64,000 nt of DNA from Eubacteriales bacterium (GTDB taxonomy: Bacteria > Bacillota > Clostridia > Oscillospirales > CAG-272), in assembly GCA_045611965.1 (NCBI GenBank), contig JAZKYE010000005.1:836-64835 (forward strand), given 5' to 3'. A program made the position numbers and the translations under genes. Under the pieces are notes generated by a model. The model was not told the origin of the DNA. It did no database searches and saw nothing but the letters and a program-made list of their open reading frames with translations. This document shows, in pieces, positions 27,251 to 36,572 of this stretch (position 1 is its first letter; each line of letters starts with the position of its first letter).

Positions 27251-29860
27251 ATGAAGTCGGTAACGCTTGGTATTTTAGCTCACGTTGACGCAGGAAAAAC
27301 CACGCTCAGCGAGGCTATGCTGTATGTCAGCGGCGCAAAGGATACGCTGGGACGCGTTGATAACGGAAGCTGTCTTTTAGACGGCCACGCTATTGAGCGT
27401 CAGCGCGGTATCACCGTCTTTTCAAAGCTTGCGCGCTTTACCCTTGACGATACGGCTGTTACTGTTGTTGACACCCCGGGACACCTTGATTTCTTTGCCG
27501 AGGCAGAGCGAAGCCTCGCTATTATGGATTACGCGGTGCTCGTCGTCAGTGCGACCGAGGGCGCGGTATCGCACACAGTAAATCTTTTCAGGATGCTTCG
27601 GGCGAGAAGAATTCCTACCTTTATATTCGTTAACAAGATGGATATGGGGCGCGAGAGAAGAATTGATATTCTTGCCTCTCTTCGCACAGCGCTTGATAAT
27701 AGCGTGTGCGACTTTAATCTTAAAGGCGAGGACAGAGGCCGCTTTCTTGAAGAATGTGCCGCGTGCGATGAGCGTCTTATCGGCGAGTATCTTGATTCTT
27801 CCGACCTTAGTGATGAGTCGATTGCGGATGCGATTTCAAGGATGAAAATTACGCCATGCTTTTTCGGCTCGGCGCTGAAAAACAACGGTGTTGACACTCT
27901 TCTTAATGCTCTTGATATTTACACGAGGGAAAAGAACTTCAGCAAAACTCTTTTTGGCGCAAGGGTTTATAAAATCAACACAGCGCCCGACGGCACGAGG
28001 CTTACCTATATGCGTATCGTCGGCGGCACGCTCTCTGTTAAGGAAAGCATAACTGTACCCACGGATGAGGGTGAGGTCACCGAGCGCGTTGAGCAGATAC
28101 GCCTTTACAGCGCAGAGCGCTTCAAGCAGGTAAAGGTCGCGGTGGCAGGCGATGTTATTGCAATTCCCGGACTTAAGCACACGAGAGCAGGTATGGGACT
28201 TGGCACAGCGGCAAAGGATGAGGTCGCGGCAGAGCCCGTGCTTGATTATAAAATCGAGTTTGCAAAGGGCACGGATATTATGCGCGCCTACCTTGATTTA
28301 GCACCGCTTGCAGATGAAGAGCCGACACTGGGGCTTCGATACGACGAGGTGAGCCGAGAGGTGCGCGTCAGGCTTATGGGACAGATACAGACCGAGGTGC
28401 TGACACGACTTATAAAGGACCGCTTCTCGCTTGACGTAAGCTTCACCGAAACGGGTGTAATATACCGCGAAACCGTAACCGAAACCGTCTTTGGCGCAGG
28501 TCACTTTGAGCCGCTTATGCACTATGCAGAGGTAAGAGTTCGTATCGACCCATTACCGCAAGGGTCGGGTACGGTTTTTGCAACCGAGGTGCCGCCTGAC
28601 AACCTTAAGCTCAACTGGCAACGCCTGATACTCTCGCATCTTGAAGAAAGACGGCACAAGGGTAAGCTTATTGCAGCACCGCTGACGGACGTGAAAATAA
28701 CCGTCATAGGCGGCAGAGCGCATCCGAAGCATACCGAGGGCGGTGATTTCAGACAAGCAACCTTCAGGGCCGTAAATCAGGCGCTGATGAAGGCGCGCGC
28801 ATCGGGAACGCTTATGCTTCTTGAGCCGACTTATAGCTTTGAGGCGGTTTTGCCCGAGGGCGCACTCGGCAGATTTTTGAACGATATAGAATTGCGACAC
28901 GGCAGGTGCGATGCACCCGAGTTTTCGGGTGACGGCACGGTAAGACTATGTGGCATAGCACCCGTGTTCAGTATGCGCTCGTATCAGAACGAGCTTCGCT
29001 CATACACGAGGGGCGAGGGAAAAATCAGCTTGAAGTATTCGCAGTATCAGCCCTGCCATAACGCAGACGAGATTATAGCGCAGCGCGAGTACGACCCTGA
29101 GAGCGATATACGCGCAAATCCTAACTCGGTGTTCTGCAAGGGTGGCGCAGGATACCTCGTGCCCTGGTATGAGGCAGACGAAAAAATGCACACCCCACCG
29201 CCCTATACCTCGCGTGAGGCGAGTGAGGATGACACCCCAGAGATAAGCCTGCCGAGGCGCAGAGCAGACACACCCAAGGACTACCGACAGACGGTAGCCG
29301 AGGATAAAGAGCTTATGCGTATATTTGAGGCAACCTACGGCAAGGTGACCAAGCGCACCGTCAGCGAGCGCACCACCTACGAAGCGCCGAAGGAAAATCA
29401 GAAGAAGCGTCCACGCCCCATAGAGCGCGGTGATGAATATCTTATCATCGACGGCTACAACGTCATATTCGCATCAGAAGAGCTTTCAGCGCTCGCTAAG
29501 GAAGAGCTGTCCCACGCGAGAGATACGCTGATACGGCTTATGTGCAACTATCGCGGCTTCAAGCGCGTCAAGGTTATCATTGTATTTGACGGACATAAAC
29601 GACGGGATAATGTCGGTAGCACCGAGGACCTTGGCGGCGTTACTGTAATATACACCAAAGAGCGGCAGAGTGCCGATGCGTATATCGAGCGCGCGACCTA
29701 CGAAATAAAAGCGCCCGATACGGTACGGGTAGTCACCGACGACCGCGATGAGCAGCTCATAGTGCTTGGCGCAGGCGGTGTAAGGGTAACGACGCGCGAG
29801 TTCTTTGCTGAGCTTGATACAGTTGCACTTGAAATCAAAGAGTTCTTGGGCAAGAAATAA
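27251..29860 (+). CDS. EF-G/TetM-like translational GTPase fused to a C-terminal NYN (YacP/Rae1-like) nuclease domain
   Basis: AHVDAGKTT, RGITV, DTPGH, NKMD, GSAL; C-terminal LIIDGYNVI, IVFDG, SADAYIE, VVTDD. Confidence 0.9.
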   Translation: MKSVTLGILAHVDAGKTTLSEAMLYVSGAKDTLGRVDNGSCLLDGHAIERQRGITVFSKLARFTLDDTAVTVVDTPGHLDFFAEAERSLAIMDYAVLVVSATEGAVSHTVNLFRMLRARRIPTFIFVNKMDMGRERRIDILASLRTALDNSVCDFNLKGEDRGRFLEECAACDERLIGEYLDSSDLSDESIADAISRMKITPCFFGSALKNNGVDTLLNALDIYTREKNFSKTLFGARVYKINTAPDGTRLTYMRIVGGTLSVKESITVPTDEGEVTERVEQIRLYSAERFKQVKVAVAGDVIAIPGLKHTRAGMGLGTAAKDEVAAEPVLDYKIEFAKGTDIMRAYLDLAPLADEEPTLGLRYDEVSREVRVRLMGQIQTEVLTRLIKDRFSLDVSFTETGVIYRETVTETVFGAGHFEPLMHYAEVRVRIDPLPQGSGTVFATEVPPDNLKLNWQRLILSHLEERRHKGKLIAAPLTDVKITVIGGRAHPKHTEGGDFRQATFRAVNQALMKARASGTLMLLEPTYSFEAVLPEGALGRFLNDIELRHGRCDAPEFSGDGTVRLCGIAPVFSMRSYQNELRSYTRGEGKISLKYSQYQPCHNADEIIAQREYDPESDIRANPNSVFCKGGAGYLVPWYEADEKMHTPPPYTSREASEDDTPEISLPRRRADTPKDYRQTVAEDKELMRIFEATYGKVTKRTVSERTTYEAPKENQKKRPRPIERGDEYLIIDGYNVIFASEELSALAKEELSHARDTLIRLMCNYRGFKRVKVIIVFDGHKRRDNVGSTEDLGGVTVIYTKERQSADAYIERATYEIKAPDTVRVVTDDRDEQLIVLGAGGVRVTTREFFAELDTVALEIKEFLGKK

Positions 29861-29923
29861 TATACAATATAGCAATAATTATTTACATTTACGAAAGATT
29901 ATATTAAGGGAACAGAGGCTTTT

Positions 29924-31345
29924 ATGTCACGACTTTCACTAAAAAAGTATATAGGTGACCGCGCATTTTATAAGGCGGTGCTTGCCGTTTCAGTACCTAT
30001 GATGGTGCAAAACGGCATCACGAACTTTGTCAATATGCTTGACAACGTAATGGTTGGCAGACTTGGTACTGAGGCTATGTCGGGCGTGTCTATCGTCAAC
30101 CAGTTTATGTTTATATTTAACCTTCTTATATTCGGTGCGGTTTCGGCGGCAGGTATATTTACCGCGCAGTATTTCGGTAGCGGAAACGATGAGGGAATTA
30201 GGCACACCTTCCGCTTCAAGATGCTTATCTGCCTTGTGTCTGCGCTGCTTGGAATTGCCGCGTTTATTCTGTTTGACGAGGCGCTTATCGGCATTTTCTT
30301 GCACGAGAGCGACGGCACGGGCGACCTTGCACTCACGCTTGATTATGGCAAGAAGTATCTGTATGTGATGCTGATAGGACTTATCCCGTACTCGCTGACG
30401 CAGGCGTATGCCTCGACGCTTCGTGAAACCTCGGAAACCGTGATGCCTATGATAGCAGGCCTTGCGGCAATAGTAACAAACTTTACACTAAACCTTGTGC
30501 TTATCTTCGGTCTTTTGGGACTGCCCGCCCTCGGTGTTGTCGGCGCGGCAATAGCAACTGTTGCATCAAGATTTGTTGAGCTGTTTACGCTTGTAATTTT
30601 CTCTCACAGACGCACCGAGCGCTTTGCCTATCTCAAAGGTGCTTACCGAAGCCTCTTTATTCCAAGGGCGCTTACTCGCTCGATATTCAAAAAGGGAATT
30701 CCGATTATGGCTAACGAGTTCTTCTGGGCTATCGCTATGGTGCTTCGTAATCAGGCGTACTCGGTCAGAGGACTTGATGCTGTGGCGGCGCAGAATATCT
30801 GCTCGACCATTTTTAACGTGTTTAACGTCGTGTATATTTCTCTCGGCTCGGCTATTGCAATTATCGTCGGAAAGCTTCTTGGCGCAGGTGACTTTGACGA
30901 GGCTCGGGATACTGCAAGAAAGATGCTTGCCTTCTCGGTTTTCGTGTCGTTTATGATGACGGTGCTGATGTCGCTTACCGCTCTGTTCTTCCCCTCGCTC
31001 TACGAAACCTCTGCCGAGGTGCGTCAGCTTGCATCCTATATGATGGTGGTAAGCGCTATGACGATGCCGTTTTGCGCCTATGCAAATGCCGCGTATTTCA
31101 CAATGCGCTCGGGCGGTCAGGTGTTTGTTACCATACTGTTTGACAGCGTGTATATGTGGGCAGTAGTAGTACCGCTGTGCCTTGGACTTTCCTATTTTAC
31201 GACACTCGGAATTTATCCGTTGTTCTTTATCTGCCAATTTACCGAGGGACTTAAAATGCTATTCGGTATGATGCTTCTGCGCCGTGGCGCTTGGGTAAAG
31301 CGACTTGTCGAAAATGACAGCACCGCCACGCAAGAGCAGGCATAA
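29924..31345 (+). CDS. MATE-family efflux transporter
   Basis: DNVMVGRLG, AQYFG, LGVVGAAIAT, about 12 TM helices. Confidence 0.9.
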   Translation: MSRLSLKKYIGDRAFYKAVLAVSVPMMVQNGITNFVNMLDNVMVGRLGTEAMSGVSIVNQFMFIFNLLIFGAVSAAGIFTAQYFGSGNDEGIRHTFRFKMLICLVSALLGIAAFILFDEALIGIFLHESDGTGDLALTLDYGKKYLYVMLIGLIPYSLTQAYASTLRETSETVMPMIAGLAAIVTNFTLNLVLIFGLLGLPALGVVGAAIATVASRFVELFTLVIFSHRRTERFAYLKGAYRSLFIPRALTRSIFKKGIPIMANEFFWAIAMVLRNQAYSVRGLDAVAAQNICSTIFNVFNVVYISLGSAIAIIVGKLLGAGDFDEARDTARKMLAFSVFVSFMMTVLMSLTALFFPSLYETSAEVRQLASYMMVVSAMTMPFCAYANAAYFTMRSGGQVFVTILFDSVYMWAVVVPLCLGLSYFTTLGIYPLFFICQFTEGLKMLFGMMLLRRGAWVKRLVENDSTATQEQA

Positions 31346-31405
31346 ATACAAGCGATATTTCAAAATACACTTGAAAAAACCTGAACTTGATGAGGTCATA
31401 ACAAC

Positions 31406-31445
31406 AAAAGAGGCTGACGCATAGTCCTTGCGTCAGCCTCTTTTT
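31406..31445. terminator. Bidirectional terminator
   Basis: AAAAGAGGCTGACGCA ... TGCGTCAGCCTCTTTT between convergent genes. Confidence 0.85.
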
Positions 31446-31447
31446 AG

Positions 31448-31840
31448 TCACTCAACCTGACTCGGCTTGTCAGGAACGAGTGGGGTATCGTGTGGCTTTC
31501 CACTCTGCGTACCACCGTTTTGCGTACCGCCGTCCTCGTCGGGGGTAGTGGTGCTTTCATCATCTGCGCCATCATCATTTGGTGGCGTTTGAGCGTCACC
31601 GTCCTCTTGTGTTGGTGGCGTTGGGGTATCGGGTGTCAGGTCATTTTCGCCGTCTGTCGTGTTGTCCTCGGGGGTGTCGGGCGGGTTGGTGTCACCGTCA
31701 TCCGGCGGTGTGATGCCTTGCGTGTTGTCGCTCGGCTTATTGTCGCTTTCGTCACCGTCGTTTTTTTCGCAAGAGCAAAAGGCAAAAAGAACGGCAAGAA
31801 TGAGAAATACCGCGATTAAGGTAAAAGCGATTTTTTTCAT
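31448..31840 (-). CDS. Small low-complexity Asp/Thr/Pro-rich lipoprotein
   Basis: MKKIAF signal with FCSC lipobox, then disordered acidic repeats. Confidence 0.65.
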   Translation of the reverse strand: MKKIAFTLIAVFLILAVLFAFCSCEKNDGDESDNKPSDNTQGITPPDDGDTNPPDTPEDNTTDGENDLTPDTPTPPTQEDGDAQTPPNDDGADDESTTTPDEDGGTQNGGTQSGKPHDTPLVPDKPSQVE

Positions 31841-31921
31841 AATTCCTACCGTCCTTTTTAGGTTGCCGTGTGGCAAATGTTGTTCAAATAATGCCGACCT
31901 TGGCAAATGGTGAGGGAAGGG

Positions 31922-34291
31922 TTATGCGTTGTATTTAACGCCTGCTTCCTCAAATGCCTTGATTATTGACGAGGTCATAGGCTCAAGCTCGCCCTTTGAG
32001 AGGGTGCGCTCGCCCGATGCAAAGGTGAAGCGAAGTGTCAGCGCACAGCTTCCGTCCTGCTCGTATATATCCTTAACCGCAACCGCTTTAAGCACCTCGC
32101 CTGCGGTCTTTTTAGCAAGTGCTTCAAGCGCGCCGAAGTCAACTTCAGAAAGCGTTACCCCAAAGGTAAGGTCGATGTCGATTTCAGGGAATCTTGAGGG
32201 CACCTGATATGAAATTCTGTCCTTTTCAACGAGTGACACAAGACCCGTGTCAATTTCGAAGAACACAACTGCACATTTCTTATCTATCTCACAAAGCACC
32301 GCAGGGTGGCAGGGGGCAACGAAGCCGACCTGATTTCCTTCAAGATAAATACCGTAGGTGTTCATAGGATGCTCAAAGCCGAAGCGTCCCTCGATAGCGC
32401 GGTATTCGGGTGATTTGTGAAGCACGTCAGAGCAAAGCTCGCCTACCATATCAAGCGCGCGATTGAAGAGCACCTCTTCGCTCTCGCCCTTTGAGAAGAG
32501 CGCAACGCCAAGCTTCTTTCTCTCGTTGCAAAGACCGTTGCCGTTAAGACCGTCAACCGTGTGACCTATCTCAAAGATACCGAAGGTCTGCGCGTAAGAG
32601 CGGTTGCTCTTGACGAAAGAGAGAAGGGTAGGTATCATCGACACGCGAAGATACTGATGGTCAGGGGTCTGCGCGTTGATTACGCGAACACCCTCGGGGG
32701 TTTTGATGTTAAGCTCGCGGTCCTTTGCCGAATCCGACCAGATGTAGGAATGTACCTCGTGCAGTCTGTACGAGCCGACAAGCACGTCCTTCATTCTGTC
32801 CTCGTATGCCTTCTGCGTCTGCTCTCTTACGGGTGAGATGGGGCTTACTGACGTGCATACGTCGAAGTTATCGTAGCCGTAAATACGCGATATTTCCTCA
32901 ATTACGTCTGCCTTTATGGTAACGTCCTTGGTCGCGCGGAAGGTGGGAACGGTTACCTTGAAGCATCCGTTGTCAAGGCAAACACCGAAGCCAAGACCCG
33001 TGAGGGTTTTTACGATAGTTTCATCGGGAATGTCTATACCCGTGTATCTGTTTACATAGGCCTTGTCAAATTCAAGCTCGATTACGGGGTACTTTCTCAC
33101 ATACGCGTCGGTAAAGGACGAGATTACTCGCACACCCTCGTCAAGCTCGCAAAGAAGCGAGATAACTCTCTCGGTGGCAAGACGGCAGAGCTCGGGGTCG
33201 AGCATCTTCTCATATCGCATCGAGGCATCGGTACGCAGACCGAGCTTCGTCGTGGTCTTACGCACGCTGACACCGTCAAAGGTCGCGCTTTCAAGAAGCA
33301 GAGAGGTGGTGCTGTCAGAAATCTTCGACGCATCACCGCCCATAACGCCTGCGACTGCAACGGGCTCGCCACCCGAGGTAATCATAAGCATAGTGTCGTC
33401 GATGTTGCGAACTATGCCGTCAAGCGTAGTGAACTTAAAGGGGGCGGGGAAGGTCTGAACCTCTATCTTATCAACGAGGCTCAAATCAAACGCGTGCATA
33501 GGCTGACCGAGCTCAAGCATTACGTAGTTCGTGAGGTCGGCAAGGAAGTTGATAGCACGCGATCCGCAGTAATAGAGTCTTATTCTCATATTAACGGGGC
33601 TTACCTTACGGGTGATATTCTCAACCTTGATTGCGGTATAGCGGAAAGCAAGGTCGGTTGCCTTAACCTCAACTGCGACGGGCTCAAGCGCATCGTACGC
33701 GCCAAGGTCGCAGGTCTTGGGTGCGATAAGAGGTCTGCCGGTAATGGTCGAGAACTCTCTTGCAATTCCGTAATGTCCCCAGAGGTCGGGGCGGTTGGTG
33801 AGGGACTTGTTGTCAACCTCAAAGATAATATCGTCAATGTCGTAAACCGACTTGATATCCGTTCCGAGAGGAATGGTGGGGTCGAGGTCCATAATGCCCG
33901 AGTTATCGTCGCTGATGCCAAGCTCTGCTTCAGAGCAGCACATACCGTGCGACTCGTAGCCTGCAACGACTGCCGCGCCTATGCTGTGGCCGCAAACCGC
34001 ACCGCCCTCGGTAGCAAGAGCAACGTGCATACCCTCTCTTACGTTGGGCGCACCGCACACAACGTCAATAACACCGTTACCCGTGTCAACCTTAAGCAGG
34101 TGAAGCTTCTTTGAGTTCGGGTGGTTTTCAACCGAGAGAATTTTTGCCGCTACGACACCGTGAGTGTCAGCGCCCTTGATTATAATATCCTCAACCTCGG
34201 CGGTTGAGAGAGTGAAGTTTCTGATAAGAGCAACCTTGTCAAGCCCCGAGAGGTCAACGAAGTCGGAAATCCAGTTCATTGATAAAAGCAT
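31922..34291 (-). CDS. pheT: Phenylalanine-tRNA ligase beta subunit
   Basis: VCGAPN, GMCCSEAELG, NRPDL, LGQPMHAFD, IEEISRIYGYD. Confidence 0.97.
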   Translation of the reverse strand: MLLSMNWISDFVDLSGLDKVALIRNFTLSTAEVEDIIIKGADTHGVVAAKILSVENHPNSKKLHLLKVDTGNGVIDVVCGAPNVREGMHVALATEGGAVCGHSIGAAVVAGYESHGMCCSEAELGISDDNSGIMDLDPTIPLGTDIKSVYDIDDIIFEVDNKSLTNRPDLWGHYGIAREFSTITGRPLIAPKTCDLGAYDALEPVAVEVKATDLAFRYTAIKVENITRKVSPVNMRIRLYYCGSRAINFLADLTNYVMLELGQPMHAFDLSLVDKIEVQTFPAPFKFTTLDGIVRNIDDTMLMITSGGEPVAVAGVMGGDASKISDSTTSLLLESATFDGVSVRKTTTKLGLRTDASMRYEKMLDPELCRLATERVISLLCELDEGVRVISSFTDAYVRKYPVIELEFDKAYVNRYTGIDIPDETIVKTLTGLGFGVCLDNGCFKVTVPTFRATKDVTIKADVIEEISRIYGYDNFDVCTSVSPISPVREQTQKAYEDRMKDVLVGSYRLHEVHSYIWSDSAKDRELNIKTPEGVRVINAQTPDHQYLRVSMIPTLLSFVKSNRSYAQTFGIFEIGHTVDGLNGNGLCNERKKLGVALFSKGESEEVLFNRALDMVGELCSDVLHKSPEYRAIEGRFGFEHPMNTYGIYLEGNQVGFVAPCHPAVLCEIDKKCAVVFFEIDTGLVSLVEKDRISYQVPSRFPEIDIDLTFGVTLSEVDFGALEALAKKTAGEVLKAVAVKDIYEQDGSCALTLRFTFASGERTLSKGELEPMTSSIIKAFEEAGVKYNA

Positions 34292-34305
34292 ATTTCCTTA
34301 CCCCC

Positions 34306-35328
34306 TTATATGGACTTGAACTGCGAGAGCGCCTTAAGGTCGCCCGAGTTGAAGTCACGAATGTCCTTGATGCCGTACTTCATCATAGCAAGTCTTGTAA
34401 GTCCAAGACCGAATGCGAAGCCCGTATATTTGTCGGTGTCAATTCCGCCCTCACGAAGCACGTTGGGGTGTATCATGCCGCACGGACAGAGCTCAAGCCA
34501 GCCCTCACCCTTACAGGAAGGACAGCCCTCGCCGCCGCAGATAAGGCAGGAAATGTCAAGCTCAAAGCCGGGCTCGACGAAGGGGAAGAAGCCGGGACGA
34601 AGTCTTACCTTGATGTCGCGCTTGAACACCTCGGAAAGCATCGTTTTCATAAAGTAAATGAGGTTTGAGATAGAGATATTCTCGTCTATCATCATACCTT
34701 CCATCTGGAAGAAGGTATTTTCGTGGCATGCGTCGGTGGACTCGTTACGGAAGCATCTACCGGGGAAGATAGCGCGAAGGGGCGCGCCGTACTTCTTCAT
34801 AATCGCATTCTGCGCCGCAGAGGTCTGCGTCTTTAAAAGCTGACCGTTGTCGAGGTAGTATGTATCCTGCATATCGCGCGCAGGGTGGTGCTTGGGGATG
34901 TTAAGCGACTCAAAGCACTCGTAGTCGGTAACGACCTCGGAATAGTCCTCAATGGTAAAGCCCATAGAGCGGAACGCCTCTTCAACCTCTCTCGTAGCAA
35001 GGGTTATCGGGTGATAAGAGCCAAGCTCTCTTTCATAGCGAAGAGTGGGATTGTACTTCTTTGCCGAGCGGATTTTTGCTTCAAGCTCTGCTGTGCGAAG
35101 CTCGTCCTGACGTGCGACGATAGCAGACTCAACCTCGGTCTTGAATACGTTGATGAGCATACCTGCCGCCTTCTTGTCACTCGCGTCGCGAAGTCCTGCC
35201 ATAAGCTCGGATACGTGACCCTTCTTGCCGAGGTATCCGATTCTGATAGCCTCAAGGTCCTCGTTGGTATTAGCCGCTGCGAGCTTTTCGTCAAACACGC
35301 GCTTTAGCTGTTCAATTCTTTCCTTCAT
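34306..35328 (-). CDS. pheS: Phenylalanine-tRNA ligase alpha subunit
   Basis: HPARDMQDTY, GRCFRNE, FFPFVEPG, GFAFGLG. Confidence 0.97.
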   Translation of the reverse strand: MKERIEQLKRVFDEKLAAANTNEDLEAIRIGYLGKKGHVSELMAGLRDASDKKAAGMLINVFKTEVESAIVARQDELRTAELEAKIRSAKKYNPTLRYERELGSYHPITLATREVEEAFRSMGFTIEDYSEVVTDYECFESLNIPKHHPARDMQDTYYLDNGQLLKTQTSAAQNAIMKKYGAPLRAIFPGRCFRNESTDACHENTFFQMEGMMIDENISISNLIYFMKTMLSEVFKRDIKVRLRPGFFPFVEPGFELDISCLICGGEGCPSCKGEGWLELCPCGMIHPNVLREGGIDTDKYTGFAFGLGLTRLAMMKYGIKDIRDFNSGDLKALSQFKSI

Positions 35329-35367
35329 TTATTCGTCCTCGAATCTAAAATATATTAAAACATTAAT

Positions 35368-35396
35368 ATTATATAACAGATTTTGCCGTTTGTCAA
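35368..35396 (-). promoter_or_regulatory. sigmaA promoter of pheST
   Basis: TTGACA (35396-35391), 17 bp, TATAAT (35373-35368). Confidence 0.75.
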
Positions 35397-35399
35397 CGG

Positions 35400-35945
35400 T
35401 TAGTTTAAGTCATCTTTATTTAAAGATGAAATATAAGATGCAACCGCCTGCCCGACGAGTGCGTCAACGCTCTTGCCGGAAGAGAGAGCCTCGCGCACCT
35501 TGGTCGAGCTGATATCGGAAAGCGCATCGCAGGCAGGCAGAAGAACGGTGTTGTATCCGCCCATTTTCTTGTTCCACTCTGCCATTTTCATCTCGTACTC
35601 GTAGTCGGCATCGGTGCGGTAGCCCTTGACTATCTCGTCAATTCCGTGCTCGCGCATATAGTCGATAACGAGCCCTGACGAGAAGCTTACAAGGCAGTTT
35701 TCAATTCCCTCGGTTGCAAGCATAAGCATACTCACTCTGTCAGAGAGTGAAAAGGTATAGCTCTTGTCGGGGTTGCGGAATATCACCGCATATACCTCGT
35801 CATACTCTTCGGATGCGCGCCTGATAATATCAGCATGACCGAGCGTCACGGGGTCGTAGCTTCCGGGAATTATCGCTCGCCTCGGCTTCGCATCTGGCTC
35901 GTCCTGCTCAACGCCATCGGTAATTTTATCAATAAAATCTTCCAT
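35400..35945 (-). CDS. coaD: Pantetheine-phosphate adenylyltransferase
   Basis: PGSYDPVTLGH, KGYRT..DYEYE, ISSTKVRE. Confidence 0.92.
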   Translation of the reverse strand: MEDFIDKITDGVEQDEPDAKPRRAIIPGSYDPVTLGHADIIRRASEEYDEVYAVIFRNPDKSYTFSLSDRVSMLMLATEGIENCLVSFSSGLVIDYMREHGIDEIVKGYRTDADYEYEMKMAEWNKKMGGYNTVLLPACDALSDISSTKVREALSSGKSVDALVGQAVASYISSLNKDDLN

Positions 35946-35984
35946 AATATCAACCTTTATTTACATATTTGCATAAATCTTATA

Positions 35985-36563
35985 TCAGTTTCCGTCAGCA
36001 TCGCTCTCGGGTTTTCTGTAAAGCAGGATAAGCAGATAGGTCATTTTTCCGTAGCTTGTGCGCTTCAGCACCTCAAAACCGTTAAGGTCGTCACCGATTT
36101 CCTCGCATCCGCCCTCAATACATACGATAGCGCCGTCGCGAAGCATATCAGCCTTGACGAGTCTGTCAAGGGCATCCTTAGCGCATAGCATCGCATACGG
36201 TGGGTCGATAAAGACCAGGTCAAAGCGGTCGCGCCCCGATGCCTTTCTTATATAGTTTCTGTAATCCGATACGAGGTACTTTGATACCGAAAAGAAGCCC
36301 GTGCCCGTCGCATTTTGCTTTACGATGTCAATAGCCTCTCTCGAGCTGTCGATAAAGATGCAGGATGCAGCGCCGCGTGAGAGCGCTTCAAGTCCAAGTC
36401 CGCCTGACCCTGCAAACAAATCAAGCACCGCGCGATGAGCAATATCAAACTGTATCGAAGAGAAGAGCGCTTCCTTTACTCTTGATGACGTAGGCCTCGT
36501 TGCCTCACCCTCAAGCGTTTTCAGTACCTTTCCCTTTGCACTTCCCGTAATTATTTTAAGCAT
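35985..36563 (-). CDS. rsmD: 16S rRNA m2G966 methyltransferase
   Basis: TRPTSSRVKEALF, LDLFAGSG, DPPY. Confidence 0.93.
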   Translation of the reverse strand: MLKIITGSAKGKVLKTLEGEATRPTSSRVKEALFSSIQFDIAHRAVLDLFAGSGGLGLEALSRGAASCIFIDSSREAIDIVKQNATGTGFFSVSKYLVSDYRNYIRKASGRDRFDLVFIDPPYAMLCAKDALDRLVKADMLRDGAIVCIEGGCEEIGDDLNGFEVLKRTSYGKMTYLLILLYRKPESDADGN

Positions 36564-36572
36564 AGCATCACC

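Noticed and set aside
27251..29860. Tetracycline resistance gene (tetM/O/W)
   Set aside because: 869 aa with an NYN fusion, housekeeping context and no mobile element; resistance is not supported
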